NCBI GenBank assembly: GCA_973895155.1
Contig: OZ316898.1
Coordinates: forward strand, 11,121,187-11,185,186
Origin: Marsupella aquatica
Lineage: Eukaryota; Plantae; Marchantiophyta
DNA: 64,000 nt
Reading direction: 5' to 3'
Below the pieces are notes generated by a model, which ran no database searches, was not told the origin of the DNA, and worked only from the letters and a program-made list of their open reading frames with translations. Positions 51,620-63,510 of the stretch are shown here, in pieces (position 1 is the stretch's first letter; every line of letters starts with the position of its first letter). A program made the translations under genes and the position numbers.

Positions 51620-51867
51620 CACGACAGCCTTTGAGCTTAGATAGGAGGTTCTGTTGCATGCCAAGACAAAGATTGTGGAGGGCAATGCATGATCATTATT
51701 ACCTCATCAAAATGATTGACAGTGTTACAGAAAAAGCGATTGATGTGGAGTCAAAATGATGGTAAACTCAGAGGTCATCTCCACACATTGTTGCAAAAAT
51801 TTTCATTACATAAAACTAGGTGGAAACTTGTCCACCATTACATGAAAATACTATAAAATGTGGATAT

Positions 51868-52251
51868 CTACTCTGGACAAAATCCTACAAATTGCTCGCC
51901 TTCAGAATGCCACTCGTACTGGATGGCTTCCTCGACAGGGTGAGCTATTTTGGTTCTTTCAGCATATCCACATGCCAATGCCAAATGTTTATAAACCATG
52001 TAACGTTTGCATTTCATGACATCTTCTGTGTAGCTATAAGCTGCACACATCAACAGGTCTGCCAAAGGGACTGCAGGGTTCAAAGCCTCATGACACTCTG
52101 TGACAGCCTTCCAGTACTCAGGGAACTCCCACTCTATCTCCAGAGTACTAATCAGGAGTGTTTCCTGAGCCACACTAGGGGGATCATTTGATTTCCACCA
52201 GGTCAAACAATAAAGCCCAAGGTCAACTTCACGTAGAGTGAGGGTGGCCAT
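51868..52251 (-). CDS. Kolobok accessory protein (KolX/P2X7-C-terminal-like), paralogue 2
   Basis: MATLTLREVDLGLYCLTW...FPEYW...LLMCAAYSYTEDVMKCKRYMVYKHLALACGYAERTKIAHPVEEAIQYEWHSEGEQFVGF. The C-terminus fits the RY.AYR...G...R..LP..V...IR..FP.....YxGF motif. Alignable end-to-end with paralogue 1. Confidence 0.65.
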   Translation of the reverse strand: MATLTLREVDLGLYCLTWWKSNDPPSVAQETLLISTLEIEWEFPEYWKAVTECHEALNPAVPLADLLMCAAYSYTEDVMKCKRYMVYKHLALACGYAERTKIAHPVEEAIQYEWHSEGEQFVGFCPE

Positions 52252-52257
52252 GGTCTT

Positions 52258-52336
52258 GTTGTTATGCATGATTCTGCAAGAGACAATCATGATGATGTTG
52301 TTATGCATGATTCTGCAAGAGACAATCATGATGATG
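52258..52336. repeat. 39-bp tandem duplication
   Basis: TGTTGTTATGCATGATTCTGCAAGAGACAATCATGATGA twice. Confidence 0.9.
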
Positions 52337-52599
52337 TTTGGATTAATTTTGTGACAAATCCATATAATATTTCTACTCAATTTAGAGTAATTTAATCTGA
52401 GATCTTGTTTTACTCAACTATGACCAAGAGTCTTTAGTTGCTACAAAGCTATCCTTGTGAGTGCATAAGCCTCTCAAAATAGTGTATATTGTAGTGTAAA
52501 TAATTCACTCTGAGAAAGGCTGTCTTTAGTGGCTAGAAAGCTATGATTCCTTGAGAATGCATAATCCTCTGAAAATAGTATAAACTATAGTTACAATGA

Positions 52600-52815
52600 C
52601 GCTGCACACAGATTTTTGGGAATCAACACTTTTGTTTGTTACTTTTTGGAAATCTACTTGTTTTCTATGTAGATGTGACACTGCGCACAGATTTGTGGGA
52701 ATGTGCACTTTTTGTTTGTTGCTTTTTTGAAATCTACCAAGTGATGACATCTAGATGTGAAACTGTGCACAGATTTTTGGGAATCTGCACTTGATTGTTG
52801 CTATTTTGGAATCGT
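52600..52815. repeat. Three ~80-bp subterminal tandem repeats inside the Kolobok-like element
   Basis: CTG..CACAGATTT.TGGGAAT...CACTT..TTGTT.CT.TTTTG.AATC three times. Confidence 0.8.
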
Positions 52816-54449
52816 AGACTCAACCCAATAAATGAACCCAAAAAAGCAGCATGAAACTAAATCGAAACAAGAAACATCAAAACAAAAACAGGTGGAAATA
52901 TTTTGAATGAGCTTCGAACACCAAACCTTGGTCTCAATGTTAGCAGGCGGCCACCTTTGGAGAGTGCACTAAATCTCTTCCCGTCTTCACTGAAATGCGA
53001 GTAGCAGGAAGCAAAGTTGCAAATAGTCACAGCCAATAAGGATCAAATGAGCAAAGACAACGCTCACAGTGCACACGTACGAAATGAAGCTGCCAGACTT
53101 TATACACAGTCTCAACGACGAGCGATGACTGTGAGGTAGTTTCATTTGTTTCGTGAAGGTCGAGGCCAAAAGGAGATGGAGGACAAGGGCTTTGAAGGGA
53201 CCGCCATGGAGGACGAAGGGACGAAGGGACCACACGGCAGGAGGTGGTTCAGCTTTCATTTTCTTGCAAAATTTGAAATTCCTTCGTTTCTTCACAAAGG
53301 GATTGACGTTTGGAGAGGAGGACGTCGAACGTAGGAGCGAGGACTGGGTGCAGGACAAACGCTGCGGGGGTTCTCTTGCGTGACACAGGACAAGTGGGCC
53401 CAGGCAGCCACGAACGGTGGGGCCCGGGCAGTGGAGTACAAACTGAACGTACTCAGGTTGCACGGCTCAGCCCTCTTATACCTGTAGTTGTGGTTTAAGG
53501 GCAGGGGCAAGCCAGGTGGGGATGGGTGCAGGGTCCAGGTGTGTGTCAGTCAAGTTGGTCAGGGGCACATCTGGGCCAGCTAGTAGGTAGTTTCTGAGAA
53601 TCCAGCAGTCATAGAAAGCAGGTCAGGCCATGAGGATTCATTCCTGTCCAGTTTGTTTTGAGAAACTGACCCCAGAGTTGCAAGATCTGACTAAAAGCTT
53701 GATCTGACTAAATGTTTGCTTTTTCCACCATGTTTGATAAACAAGTAAACTAACATGTTAAATGGAGAAGTAACGATCCAATCACGGTTCTTCTATGAGA
53801 TGTCCGGGCATTGAGCTATGAAGGTTCCTTAGTCCAAAAGCAAAGGATATGGCAGACACATTCTCTTAGGATTTCAAGGAATACAACATTGAGCAAACAC
53901 AACAAGATTGCGTATTGATCTTTGTGTTTGTCTCATTTTGCAACTCTGGCCCCCAACAAATTCAAATATCAGGAACGGGATTAACTTTGTAGTAATGCCC
54001 TGTTTCCAAGGCATTGTAGGCTGTAATGCCCCCTGCTATAATGCCCCCCAAAACTAGGGTCATAGCCCAAGTTTTGAGGGACTATTATTGACCACAATGC
54101 CCTGATAGCAAGAATTTAATATACTTAAACTCCCGGAAGATTCTTCACTCATATTCTCTTTCTCCTTTAGTTACACTTTTAACAATCCCAAATTTCACGC
54201 AAGTTGAGATTTCAATTTATATTCCAAGAGCCAGCAGAGTACAATCTCAATATGCCCTTGCAGAGCCTGATATGGGCATTCTCTTCCACGAAGTACAAAA
54301 AAAATTTAAAGAGAAAAATGTTGAAATGATTTAGCGTTGCTAAGCACCTACTGTGTAGGTTGTGATTTAACTCAAAAACTAGAAATCAATGCATTCTGTA
54401 ACACGTCGCAATATCCAGTGTTACACTTCTAGGGTACAGGGTTTAAGCA

Positions 54450-56504
54450 ATGGCGAGCGAGAGCTCTTCGTCCAGCGATGAAGACGAGGAGCACAATGCT
54501 GCGTTACGCAGTGTCGCCATCGATTCCAATGCTGTTCTTCAATTCGCGATGCCCTCAGTTCAAGGTTCTGGCCGCAAATCTCGCCTATCGAAATTCTCCA
54601 GTAAGAGATCTGCAAAAGTCCTTGAGGACGACTATGACACTGACGGAGATCGTACCGGTGGGCTGAAGTTGTATCAAACTAGGGTATTTGATTCATTTCC
54701 TTTCCTCCCTCCACCCCTCTCTGTCTCAAAGAGAGTTTGATAATTGAATCTAACTTTTCAAAACTTTCACGGATCAGCCGATAGAGTTTCGGTTGAAGCA
54801 CATTGCTTCTTCTTCCTTTTCTCATGTCTAAAGTCTTATCCAGTGGTGCCAGTTGGTTCTCCCTGGATGCCTCAACTTAACCTTAACATTCGTTTCTGTA
54901 TCTCTCTCGTTGAATTCTATTCTATGCCGCAGTGTGATTCGCCCCCACCGACCATAGCCCCTTCTTCGGTCTCTAGGTCTTAGATTTGAATCTCAGAGAG
55001 ATGAAATGTGAAAGTGTTTTCCAGGATAATTGTGCTTTCTCTGTCAATAATCTCAACTGCTTTAAACGTTAGGTAGGCTGAGGGAACACGGAAAACGCGA
55101 TTGCATCGAAATTTACTGCAGCTCATTGACGCATTTCTAAGTTCTTGGTTGAAAATGTAGACCCACTTCTAGACTTAAGGCCTGATTTTCAAAATCTTTT
55201 AGAGTAATTTAAAGAAAATTTGTTAGTCGCTGATTTGAACGACTTCAGCTAAATTATTATTGTTTGGAAGATGAACTGATAAGAAGTGTATTTGTTCTTG
55301 CACAGAATTTTGTGCGTTTGACCTCGGCATGTTTGCGTTGACCTGGATGAAATTTTATAGACTCGTGTTTTCTGGTCTGGATGCTGCTTGAGTGGCATGG
55401 TTCTGATATTTAATGATATCGATATCCTTTTAAGGCAAGTCTGTTATACTCCAAGTGTTGGGTCTCGTGGGCAGTAGACAGGATTACTCAATCATCAAGG
55501 TATTGTAGTGAATCCGTGGACTTTATCCATTGTGGCAGATTGCTTTGTCTGCAGGTTCAAGACCTTCTCCAGAACCACCTCGACAAAGTTTTTGAGGAAA
55601 GTGTAGGGGAGGTAGCAGTTGAACCTGAGAATGGTGCGAAGTCTGGTGGTCACGGAGCAGACGACGAAACTTATGATGACGAAATTCGTCTATATGGCGA
55701 TGCGCCTCTTGGTGTTTCCTTGAAGAGGTCCAGGCCATCGAAGCGTAAGTCGTTTGGGTCCATTTTCCCTTACCAAAGAGACTGCATTTGTGATGTCATA
55801 CATAGTGAAATCCTTCTTACGGACGTGTTTGCGTCCAAGTTTTGTACTGTGCATTCTTGAAGTATGAGAACGAATGTACAGTACTACGTAACTGACCACT
55901 CACTGGTAAAATCCAGATTTTCAAGTGAGACTACTGCCTCCGCGATATGACAGTAGTGATGACGATTCAGCTGAGGTATTTCACACAAGATCTCTCAAAG
56001 CATCGTTTCTGCCTAGGTCTAGTATGTAACATGTCTCAGTTCAGTTCATGATCTTAACATGGCCAGTGAAGTTTGAAAGTGCCTTCAGAGACATCAAACG
56101 TCACAGAAATCGTGTTAGGATAGTGTGACTAATATAGAATCAAATTGGAGTAAGCAAACTTTCTTTCTAAAGCTTTCTGAATCGGAGACTGATCGTTCAG
56201 CTGATGTGCTTTACAGCGGGAGTCTCGTTTCCAGGTGGCAGCTATTGAGACTTCGGAGGTCATATCTCAGGCAGAGAAAGCCCGGGCAAAAGCTTTTGCC
56301 AGATTTCTGGAAGCAGAAGAGGCCTCCCGAAAAGCAGACAAAGCTGAAGCAGAGCGAGTAAAACATTTGAGGAAAGAGCGAGGGGAGGAGTGGCTTCCTT
56401 CAATTGCTAAGGAAGCCATGATTGAAGTTAGAAATGAAACACAGAGAAGAAAAGCAATGACCTCAGAAGGGAAGATTGGAGTAGTTGCCACCTACAGGAT
56501 TTGA
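54450..56504 (+). CDS. CUSTOS (C12orf43)-like uncharacterised protein, copy 1; 4 exons
   Basis: Exons 54450-54683, 55555-55744, 55917-55975, 56217-56504, phase-consistent GT-AG. SSSSSDEDE...LRSVAID, YQTRVQDLLQNHLD, EIRLY, DSSDDDSAE.RESRFQVAAIETSEVI, RGEEWLPSIAKE. Motif order resembles animal CUSTOS; that family call is tentative, the gene itself is well supported. Confidence 0.75.
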
Positions 56505-58399
56505 GAAAACTAGATTCTTTCAGGCAGTGGGAGTCAACTGTCTGGTCAAGCACTTTGGAAAAAGTGTACTATTCAGGGATGCCATGGTATGGGAGTACGG
56601 TCATGTGTACTCTTTGTGAGCTGGTGCATGCGCAGGCCTGTGTCTGTGTTCGTCATTGAAAGTCATGCTTTCTCCAGGAGAGGAAATCTTTTGAGAGGGT
56701 TGAAAGTGATTATGTGTCCCTGCACATCTGGTAACAGTGGTTATTATCACTATGATGGTTGTCCGCACTTATCCAAAACTTTTGCCCACATATTGTTATA
56801 CAAGATCATACGAAAGTTTTCCCACATGGTCCTGTATGTTGCAGACACATTTTACCCCTCGTGCACGCTCCTATAGAAGTTTTCTTCAGGTATGTGTACC
56901 GACCTCACGACAGCATTGGCATGTAGTTAACAGCAATTCCCAGTCAGCCTTATTTTGGAAAGATCCACACTGTTTTATAATTATAGGTAACGTAGGTAAG
57001 TTGTTGGAGGCCCATCGAGGACACGACACACTGGCTCGAGACAGCGCCGAGTCCTTGGCATCAAACCTGAACCATCGGGCTGAGCTGCCACTATGGACCA
57101 GCACGGTCCACTACGACTCGTTCAACAGTTCAGACAGGATACATACCACAGTGAGACCTTAATTCCTCAGAAGAAACTCGAGAAGAAGTACGAATTTGAG
57201 AATTTACATAGTGTGCATCAATATGCGAATGGTGTTAGTGTTTTTGAATTCATGAACCTCGTGGGTAAAATAATCATGAATGTATTTTAAAATGGCCTTC
57301 AATACATACTTGCAGCCCGTTCCTTAAATTCTGTACTTGGAACTTAATACATTCTTCTGGAGCTCAGAGTGAGAATTTCAAACACTCTAAGCTCTAACCT
57401 AGTCGTAGAACTTTCACTGAAGTACCCATCCATCATGTGCTCCTGTTACATTGATTAGCACAAAAGGTCTTGAAGGATAACTACGTGTGATCTCTTTGCC
57501 CAAGTAACAGACTAACTGGGAATAGCACCACAGTACTTCTAGGACACATGTTGGACTTCTACTGATCAACCACAGCTTGTGCTCGAGCAAGAGTATCACG
57601 ATCCTTAAAACTTAAAGGTCCGAAGTTCATGCAGACCTAAGTTACCAGATAGATACCCTTAGTTGAGCACCGGAATCTGACAACATTACTTCAACAACGA
57701 TAGTTGCTGACTACGGTGAAGGTATTCAACAGAATTTCTAACGAACTAAACGGAAGTGAAATGCAAAATTTGTAGCCACTGTTCAGTGATTAATCATAAC
57801 ACCGTTTCCAAGTCTGATCCTGTCTTATGACCAACAGAAGGTAATTGGTCCCTTCAGAGATGTCCCTCACCCCATTGTCAAGGTTGCACTTCCCCTTCAA
57901 AGTCCCTCGCCGCATTGTCAAGGTTGTCATTGTGTTGCTTGCTTCCCCTTCAAGAGCCCCTTCAGCGGGGCTTATAAACATTCAAAAATATTTTTGAGTA
58001 AATTAAGTTCATTACATATTTTAGGATTAAACAAATTACTTGAGGCAGTATGAGTAAAATGTGAGGCACTGAATTTACTCAAAGTTTCATAAACCATGAA
58101 GGTCACATCAGGTATTAATATAAGGACCTAAATGTACTTTATATTTTATATTTTTATTGAACTGTATTGGGGAATGGAGCGAAGCTTTCAATTAAAGTGC
58201 TTTGGCCTCTGACAAAATATACATGAGTGAGGACAGAGTTAATGACAGGGAAATCTTTGGACATAAGTGATGTTTTGGTCATTGAGACTGTTTTGTATGG
58301 ACATAAAAGTAAACATTAGTATCCATGCATAAATTTATGTTTTAGCCCAGTCCATCCAAGTTTCATTTATCCATGGGGCTTCATGGACAACTTATCAAT

Positions 58400-58581
58400 C
58401 CATCCGGGCTTTAACTTCGAAATAATATGACTCACTAATTTATATGAAAATACAAAGGGCTCCATAATTAGTGTGACTAATGAGATGGAGTCCATCCGGG
58501 CTTTACGTTCCAAATAATATGACTCACTAATTTATGTGAAAATACAAAGGGCTCCATAATTAGTGTGACTAATGAGATGGA
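58400..58581. repeat. Near-perfect tandem duplication, ~92-bp unit
   Basis: TCCATCCGGGCTTTA...AAATAATATGACTCACTAATTTAT.TGAAAATACAAAGGGCTCCATAATTAGTGTGACTAATGAGATGGA twice. Confidence 0.92.
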
Positions 58582-58925
58582 CAGTGTAGTTAATTACCTG
58601 GGAGGACCGCTAACTAAATGATTTTAACATAATTATTGGAGAAATTCAAGGACAGCGCCTGTCCCAAGCTTCCAACACATAGACGGCATAAGCTTATGCC
58701 TGACCAGTTCAAATCATTCCAAGGAACGAGGAGAAATTTAATTGACTGAAGTTCTGAGATTCAATTGAATAATTCTGGGTAATCCGCGTCCATCTGTACT
58801 TAGAGTGCATTGCTGCCGCGCGGAAATCGATCATCAGTTAGAGAGAGATAGACACACACACACACCTCAACTCGTTCGTGAAATTCGACAGAAGCCTACG
58901 ATCTGAAGACATTATTGTGGTTTAC

Positions 58926-59203
58926 GATGATCTACTCGTCGCTGGAACAGAGGGACATGATGTAGGTCCTCATTTCGTACAATCTTGGAATTTCTCGAGA
59001 CGTCAGTGTATCAGTAGGTGATTTTCTCGTTTTGTCAGTCTCCAACGACATTTAGATTTGTGTTACTGTGTTTTAGGATGATCTACTCCTTTGCTGGAGA
59101 GGCAGGGATATGCAGTAGATCCCCTTTCTGTACAATCTTGGAGTTTGTAGGGACTGACCCGTAGAATGTCTTCTCGTTTTTATAGTCTCCTTAGATTTGT
59201 GTT
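58926..59203. repeat. Diverged tandem duplication, ~150-bp unit
   Basis: GATGATCTACTC...GCTGGA...GTACAATCTTGGA.TTT...TTCTCGTTTT...AGTCTCC...TTAGATTTGTGTT twice. Confidence 0.75.
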
Positions 59204-60906
59204 GATAGATTTGCGAGTGATGTGTGGGCAAGTCATTATATTCTCATAAAGTTTACAATCTTACCGAAGACCTTCCGCAACCAATAATCAAAAGTTGTAT
59301 CCACATTTAGATCGCTTGTTAGATCGTTATCAACAACTCCACGGGTTTTGAAGCACCAAAAAATAGGTCAGGAGAATTCGGTAATCAGGAGGTGTCAGAT
59401 GTCTTCTGATGGAATTCGTTGACAGGATCTTGATTTGCGGAACTAAATCCTTCAATAGAGGACGATGGGCACGCCGGGAACGATCCCAATGGCTTGGTGG
59501 AACGGAGGTGGAGATTGAAAAATTATGAAAAACTGCTAAAACATGACTGATCACAACTTTTCTAAAATTCTTAGTAAACAGATAGTACACGGTTCCACAA
59601 CAATTATCAGTTAGGCAAATTGAAACATCCCAAGTGACCACACAAGTAAAGATCCAGTAAAATCATACGGGCAGTAACAGCGCAACCAAAGTCCCCAGTG
59701 TTTAAAGTCAAGTATAACGATAGCAAATTTTGATTCAATACCAAGAAGGCCGTCTTAAGGGGCCTAAAAGGCAGTGGAGAAGATCATCCTCCAAACTAAC
59801 ATAAGCTGAAGGTTATGGTCAGGAGGCAGTCAGCACCAATCGCGGTACACCATCTCAGTTTAAGGAGGGATCCGGAAGTGAACTTACTTCACGGGAACAA
59901 GAGTAAACTTTCGTACAAGAAAGCTCGCCCAGGAATGCAAAAGTCATCTCCTTCATACCAAACTTCAAGAAAGCGACAATGTAATCAAGTGAAAGGGAAA
60001 AAAATCCCACGGATAGTTGACATCAGAGATAGAACAAGAAACCGGTCTGGGTGAGAATTTGTCACTCGACGGAGGTGATTGGGAGAGAAGAGATCATCAG
60101 AATTGTGGCTACCGTACATAGCGGCAGTAGCCGGGTAGAAAGGTGACAGTGGATAAAAGGATCCGAAGGAGACAGATGAGATTGCCTCGCACATGAATCC
60201 GAGATTAACAATTCGGCCAAGCTACTCGGGCAAAGGTCAACTTCACCACCGTAGAAGGAGTGGACAATGTTAGACAAAATCAGGGACGATGATCTTGGAA
60301 GAAAGAGATGATACTTCGGAGGAAGAAAGGAGATGATACTCGGAGGACGAATCAAACAAGAGAACACACTGGATCTTGATAAATTTTAGCACGGAAGGGA
60401 AACAACGCATTAATTTGAGTTACTTTAATTGTTCAAAATTTGGGACACAGATACCACACTGTCAGATATAAAATCAAAAGAAGGATCTGTGTTACATGGA
60501 CTAGCTGTGTGAGCGCTATCAACAAACTAAGGAAGGAAGAGGGAATGGAAAAAGAAATGTTGCCGAAGAACCATACATTTAAGTTGAAGAAGAAGCAGAA
60601 CTAATCTCTTAGGTCAGGTAGACGAAAGGTTGAAGGAGAATTGCTTGCCAAAGTTAGGCTGATGAAATTGTGGACAATCGCGGGGGTCCAGCAACACGAG
60701 CGCTACACAAAATTTGAATTCGGAGCTCTTTCCACTAGTTGCCAACGCAGGGCATCGATCATTTGAAGTCACTTAGTTGTGTGAATCTCTAACTGGGTGC
60801 AAACGAATGCTACTGTAAGAGGTAGCATTCACGATGAGGGGTCCACTGAAACATAGAAGACAAAAGCATTCCTGGAGAAAACAATTTAGAAATGGCGGAA
60901 GCCCAC

Positions 60907-62802
60907 CTAAAAGTCTAGGCCACCTTCTCTAGCTGCATCTGCGAGAGCTTGAATCCGTCCATGGTAAACGAAGCCCCCTCTATCAAAGGCCACCTTTGTA
61001 ATTCCTTTCTCCAAACAGACCTTGGCGATCTCTTCACCAACTCTCTTGGCAGACTCCTGCAATTCAAAATACTAAGTCTCAAAACAATGTCCAAAAGACT
61101 CACCCCTTATTCAATGCCTAAGTCTCTTACATTGATGCAAATTTCTCTAGGTTGGCACTGTAAAGCTAAAATGGGGCACCCACTCATTTGGACACCGATC
61201 AGTCAACCACTCGCAACGAAACTTACAATGGTGGGTCCGGCAGACATCTCGAGCTCTTCGCGCAGAGCTTTCTTCAGTGTCGATGATGCGGCCAAAGTGT
61301 GTTGCTTGGTGTCATCAATCACTTGAGCATATAAATGCTTGTTGGAGCGGAAGACTGCAAGGCGAGGCCTCTCTGTAGTGCCATTGAGCTGTACAGACAT
61401 GGAACACATAAGCACCGAACAAGCTGAGACGATATAAATGTAATAATCATCTACGGAAGAAATGCCGCAATACACACCTCTGCCCACCTCCCAGAAATTG
61501 ACTTTGGAAGGGCGCATCCTACCGATCGTAAAATTGAACAACTGACTTTGACAGAACAGAGAGGGCTCCAAATAATTGCTCCAGAAGCCCAACCAAGGTT
61601 TGCAGATTCTATGAATACCTTCTTGCGGACGCGGCGATGCCGGACCTTAACAGTTTCCCTTCTGGTAGGCTCTCTGGCCTCTATCCTTACGGGTGCGTAA
61701 GCAACTGCAATTGCGCAACGGGAAACAATAAAATTTTCATCCATAACTAGAAGTTTAACTTTGCACATCTCAACAATTCACGGAAAAATCCAATTCAAAG
61801 GTCCGCAACGCAGCAAATGCCATGCCCAGACTTAGAAACATTAGGGCACACATTCAAATGGGAACAACCAGATTTTTTGACAGCAGAATAATCTCCTCAG
61901 CACAAAAGGATGTACTTTTTATCGGGAGGAGAAGGCGGGGATCAGTAGAGAGACGAACCACGAGAAGTACAGACCAGCACAATTCCCGAGCTAGTAACTA
62001 CATACCATATGTGCTAACTACTACAACAAAAAATAGCAAAGTAGACCAACTTCTCAGATAGTCAATCAATGCTGACGAAATCAATGACAAAAGAACGAAA
62101 AAGGACCCTCAGCTCCTACATAGTTGTAATGACATACTCCAGAAGTAGAGCCCAGGAACTCCGACCAACAGGAAATCTATCGACCCATACGCCACAATGC
62201 GACTAAAGCAACCCACACCACATTATGGGCACTCACTTCTTGGTACGGAAACCAAGGAGGAAAACTAACATGCTATGCACCCTTGAATTTTCCATCGTCA
62301 ACTCTCAAGTGAAGTGAAGCAGATCTCATTCTCCGAGGACACCTCCACCACACTCTCGAGAGAAATAGACAGGACCTGAGTTCTACCTCTGAAGCTTCCA
62401 GGGTGTCATAGTTCTATATCAAGGACAATGTTCAGTCGTAAAAAAACACTCGGAAAACCAATATCTATGATACACTACGCACGGCCCGACACAGATTGCA
62501 GACAGGTGGCAAGAACCCTATACTCCAACAGATGACACCGCCAACATTCTAGATCTAGCATTATTGTCACTAACACCACAGAAAAGCTTCTCGAGAATGA
62601 CCAGTTCTACTACAATAGATATAAACACCGGAAACCGACCTGAATTGGTCAAAATGGGGGAACGGCACGGGACAGTCCTCGAATTTCTCATAGAGCAGTC
62701 GCTATGGCCTCCAATCGAGATCCGCACCTGGGTTGCAGCCGTCTGCCGAACAGCAACGGAGCCGAGAGCAGCACCAATGATGGTAGCTGAAACCGCAGCC
62801 AT
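60907..62802 (-). CDS. RPL18: Plastid 50S ribosomal protein L18 (uL18c) precursor; 5 exons
   Basis: Exons 62728-62802, 61916-61997 (tentative phase 0-to-1 bridge), 61619-61704, 61227-61388, 60907-61056. [45 protein letters not shown]...[47 protein letters not shown]. Confidence 0.93.
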
Positions 62803-62936
62803 CTCCGACAACAACAACGACGACAACAGCTCCAACGAAATGCGAACAGAGCCGAAACCCCTAGAATGCTCTCCTCTGCTTGGTGGAATGCAAAGCCTCG
62901 TCGCTCGGCTGATTCCCTTGCTACCACTCTAGTGTC
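62033..62936 (-). repeat. Dispersed duplication, copy B (5' flank/UTR + exon 1 + intron 1 of RPL18), homologous to 12563-13519
   Basis: Same collinear blocks as copy A. Confidence 0.92.
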
Positions 62937-63276
62937 CGCCAAGCACGTTCGATTCTGCCGTTTTCATCTCGAGCAGATAAGGTATCTTCGTTCACCTACG
63001 AGGTCATTGCGATTACTCTTGTACCTATGCCATGGATGAACGGTGAGAGGGCACTCTTCCTAAGTGCATAATACGTAAGGGCATAACCTGCCTTACTGCA
63101 AGCAGAGTAATTATTAATTTCAACGTGTTTTCGTTTTAGCCAAAGTGGTGAGTGTCACCTGGTGTGAAGGAGAAAATGCTCGGAATATACTTTATCTACT
63201 TTTCCTACATTGATTTCTGACCCTTAGATCCAGTGTACACTTCTACAGTAGTCTTCTAGGGTACAGGGTTTAAGCG

Positions 63277-63510
63277 ATGGCGAGCGAGAGCTCTTCGTCC
63301 AGCGATGAAGACGAGGAACACAATGCTGCGTTACGCAGTGTCGCCATCGATTCCAATGCTGTTCTTCAATTCGCGATGCCCTCAGTTCAAGGTTCTGGCC
63401 GCAAATCTCGCCTATCGAAATTCTCCAGTAAGAGAACTACAAAAGTCCTTGAAGACGACGATGACACTGACGGAGATGGTACCGGTGGGCTGAAGTTGTA
63501 TCAAACTAGG
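63277..63510 (+). CDS. CUSTOS-like gene copy 2, exon 1 (gene continues beyond the window); head-to-head with RPL18
   Basis: MASESSSSSDEDEEHNAALRSVAID...GLKLYQTR|GT, near-identical to 54450-54683. Intron identity continues to the window end (63228-64000 vs 54413-55234). Confidence 0.88.

Larger units (their letters stand above)
46316..53494 (+). mobile_element. Kolobok-like DNA transposon (transposase plus two convergent KolX-like genes); termini tentative
   Basis: TTAA|ACCA at 46312-46319 and TGGT|TTAA at 53491-53498, with a degenerate inverted match of about 15/29 nt, many mismatches being transitions. Transposase on + and accessory genes on - in tail-to-tail arrangement. Confidence 0.65.

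Noticed and set aside
59985-60367. BTB-like fragment (IVHSFYGGEVDL..SSLAELL)
   Set aside because: Single short motif with no coherent exon structure or flanking domain.
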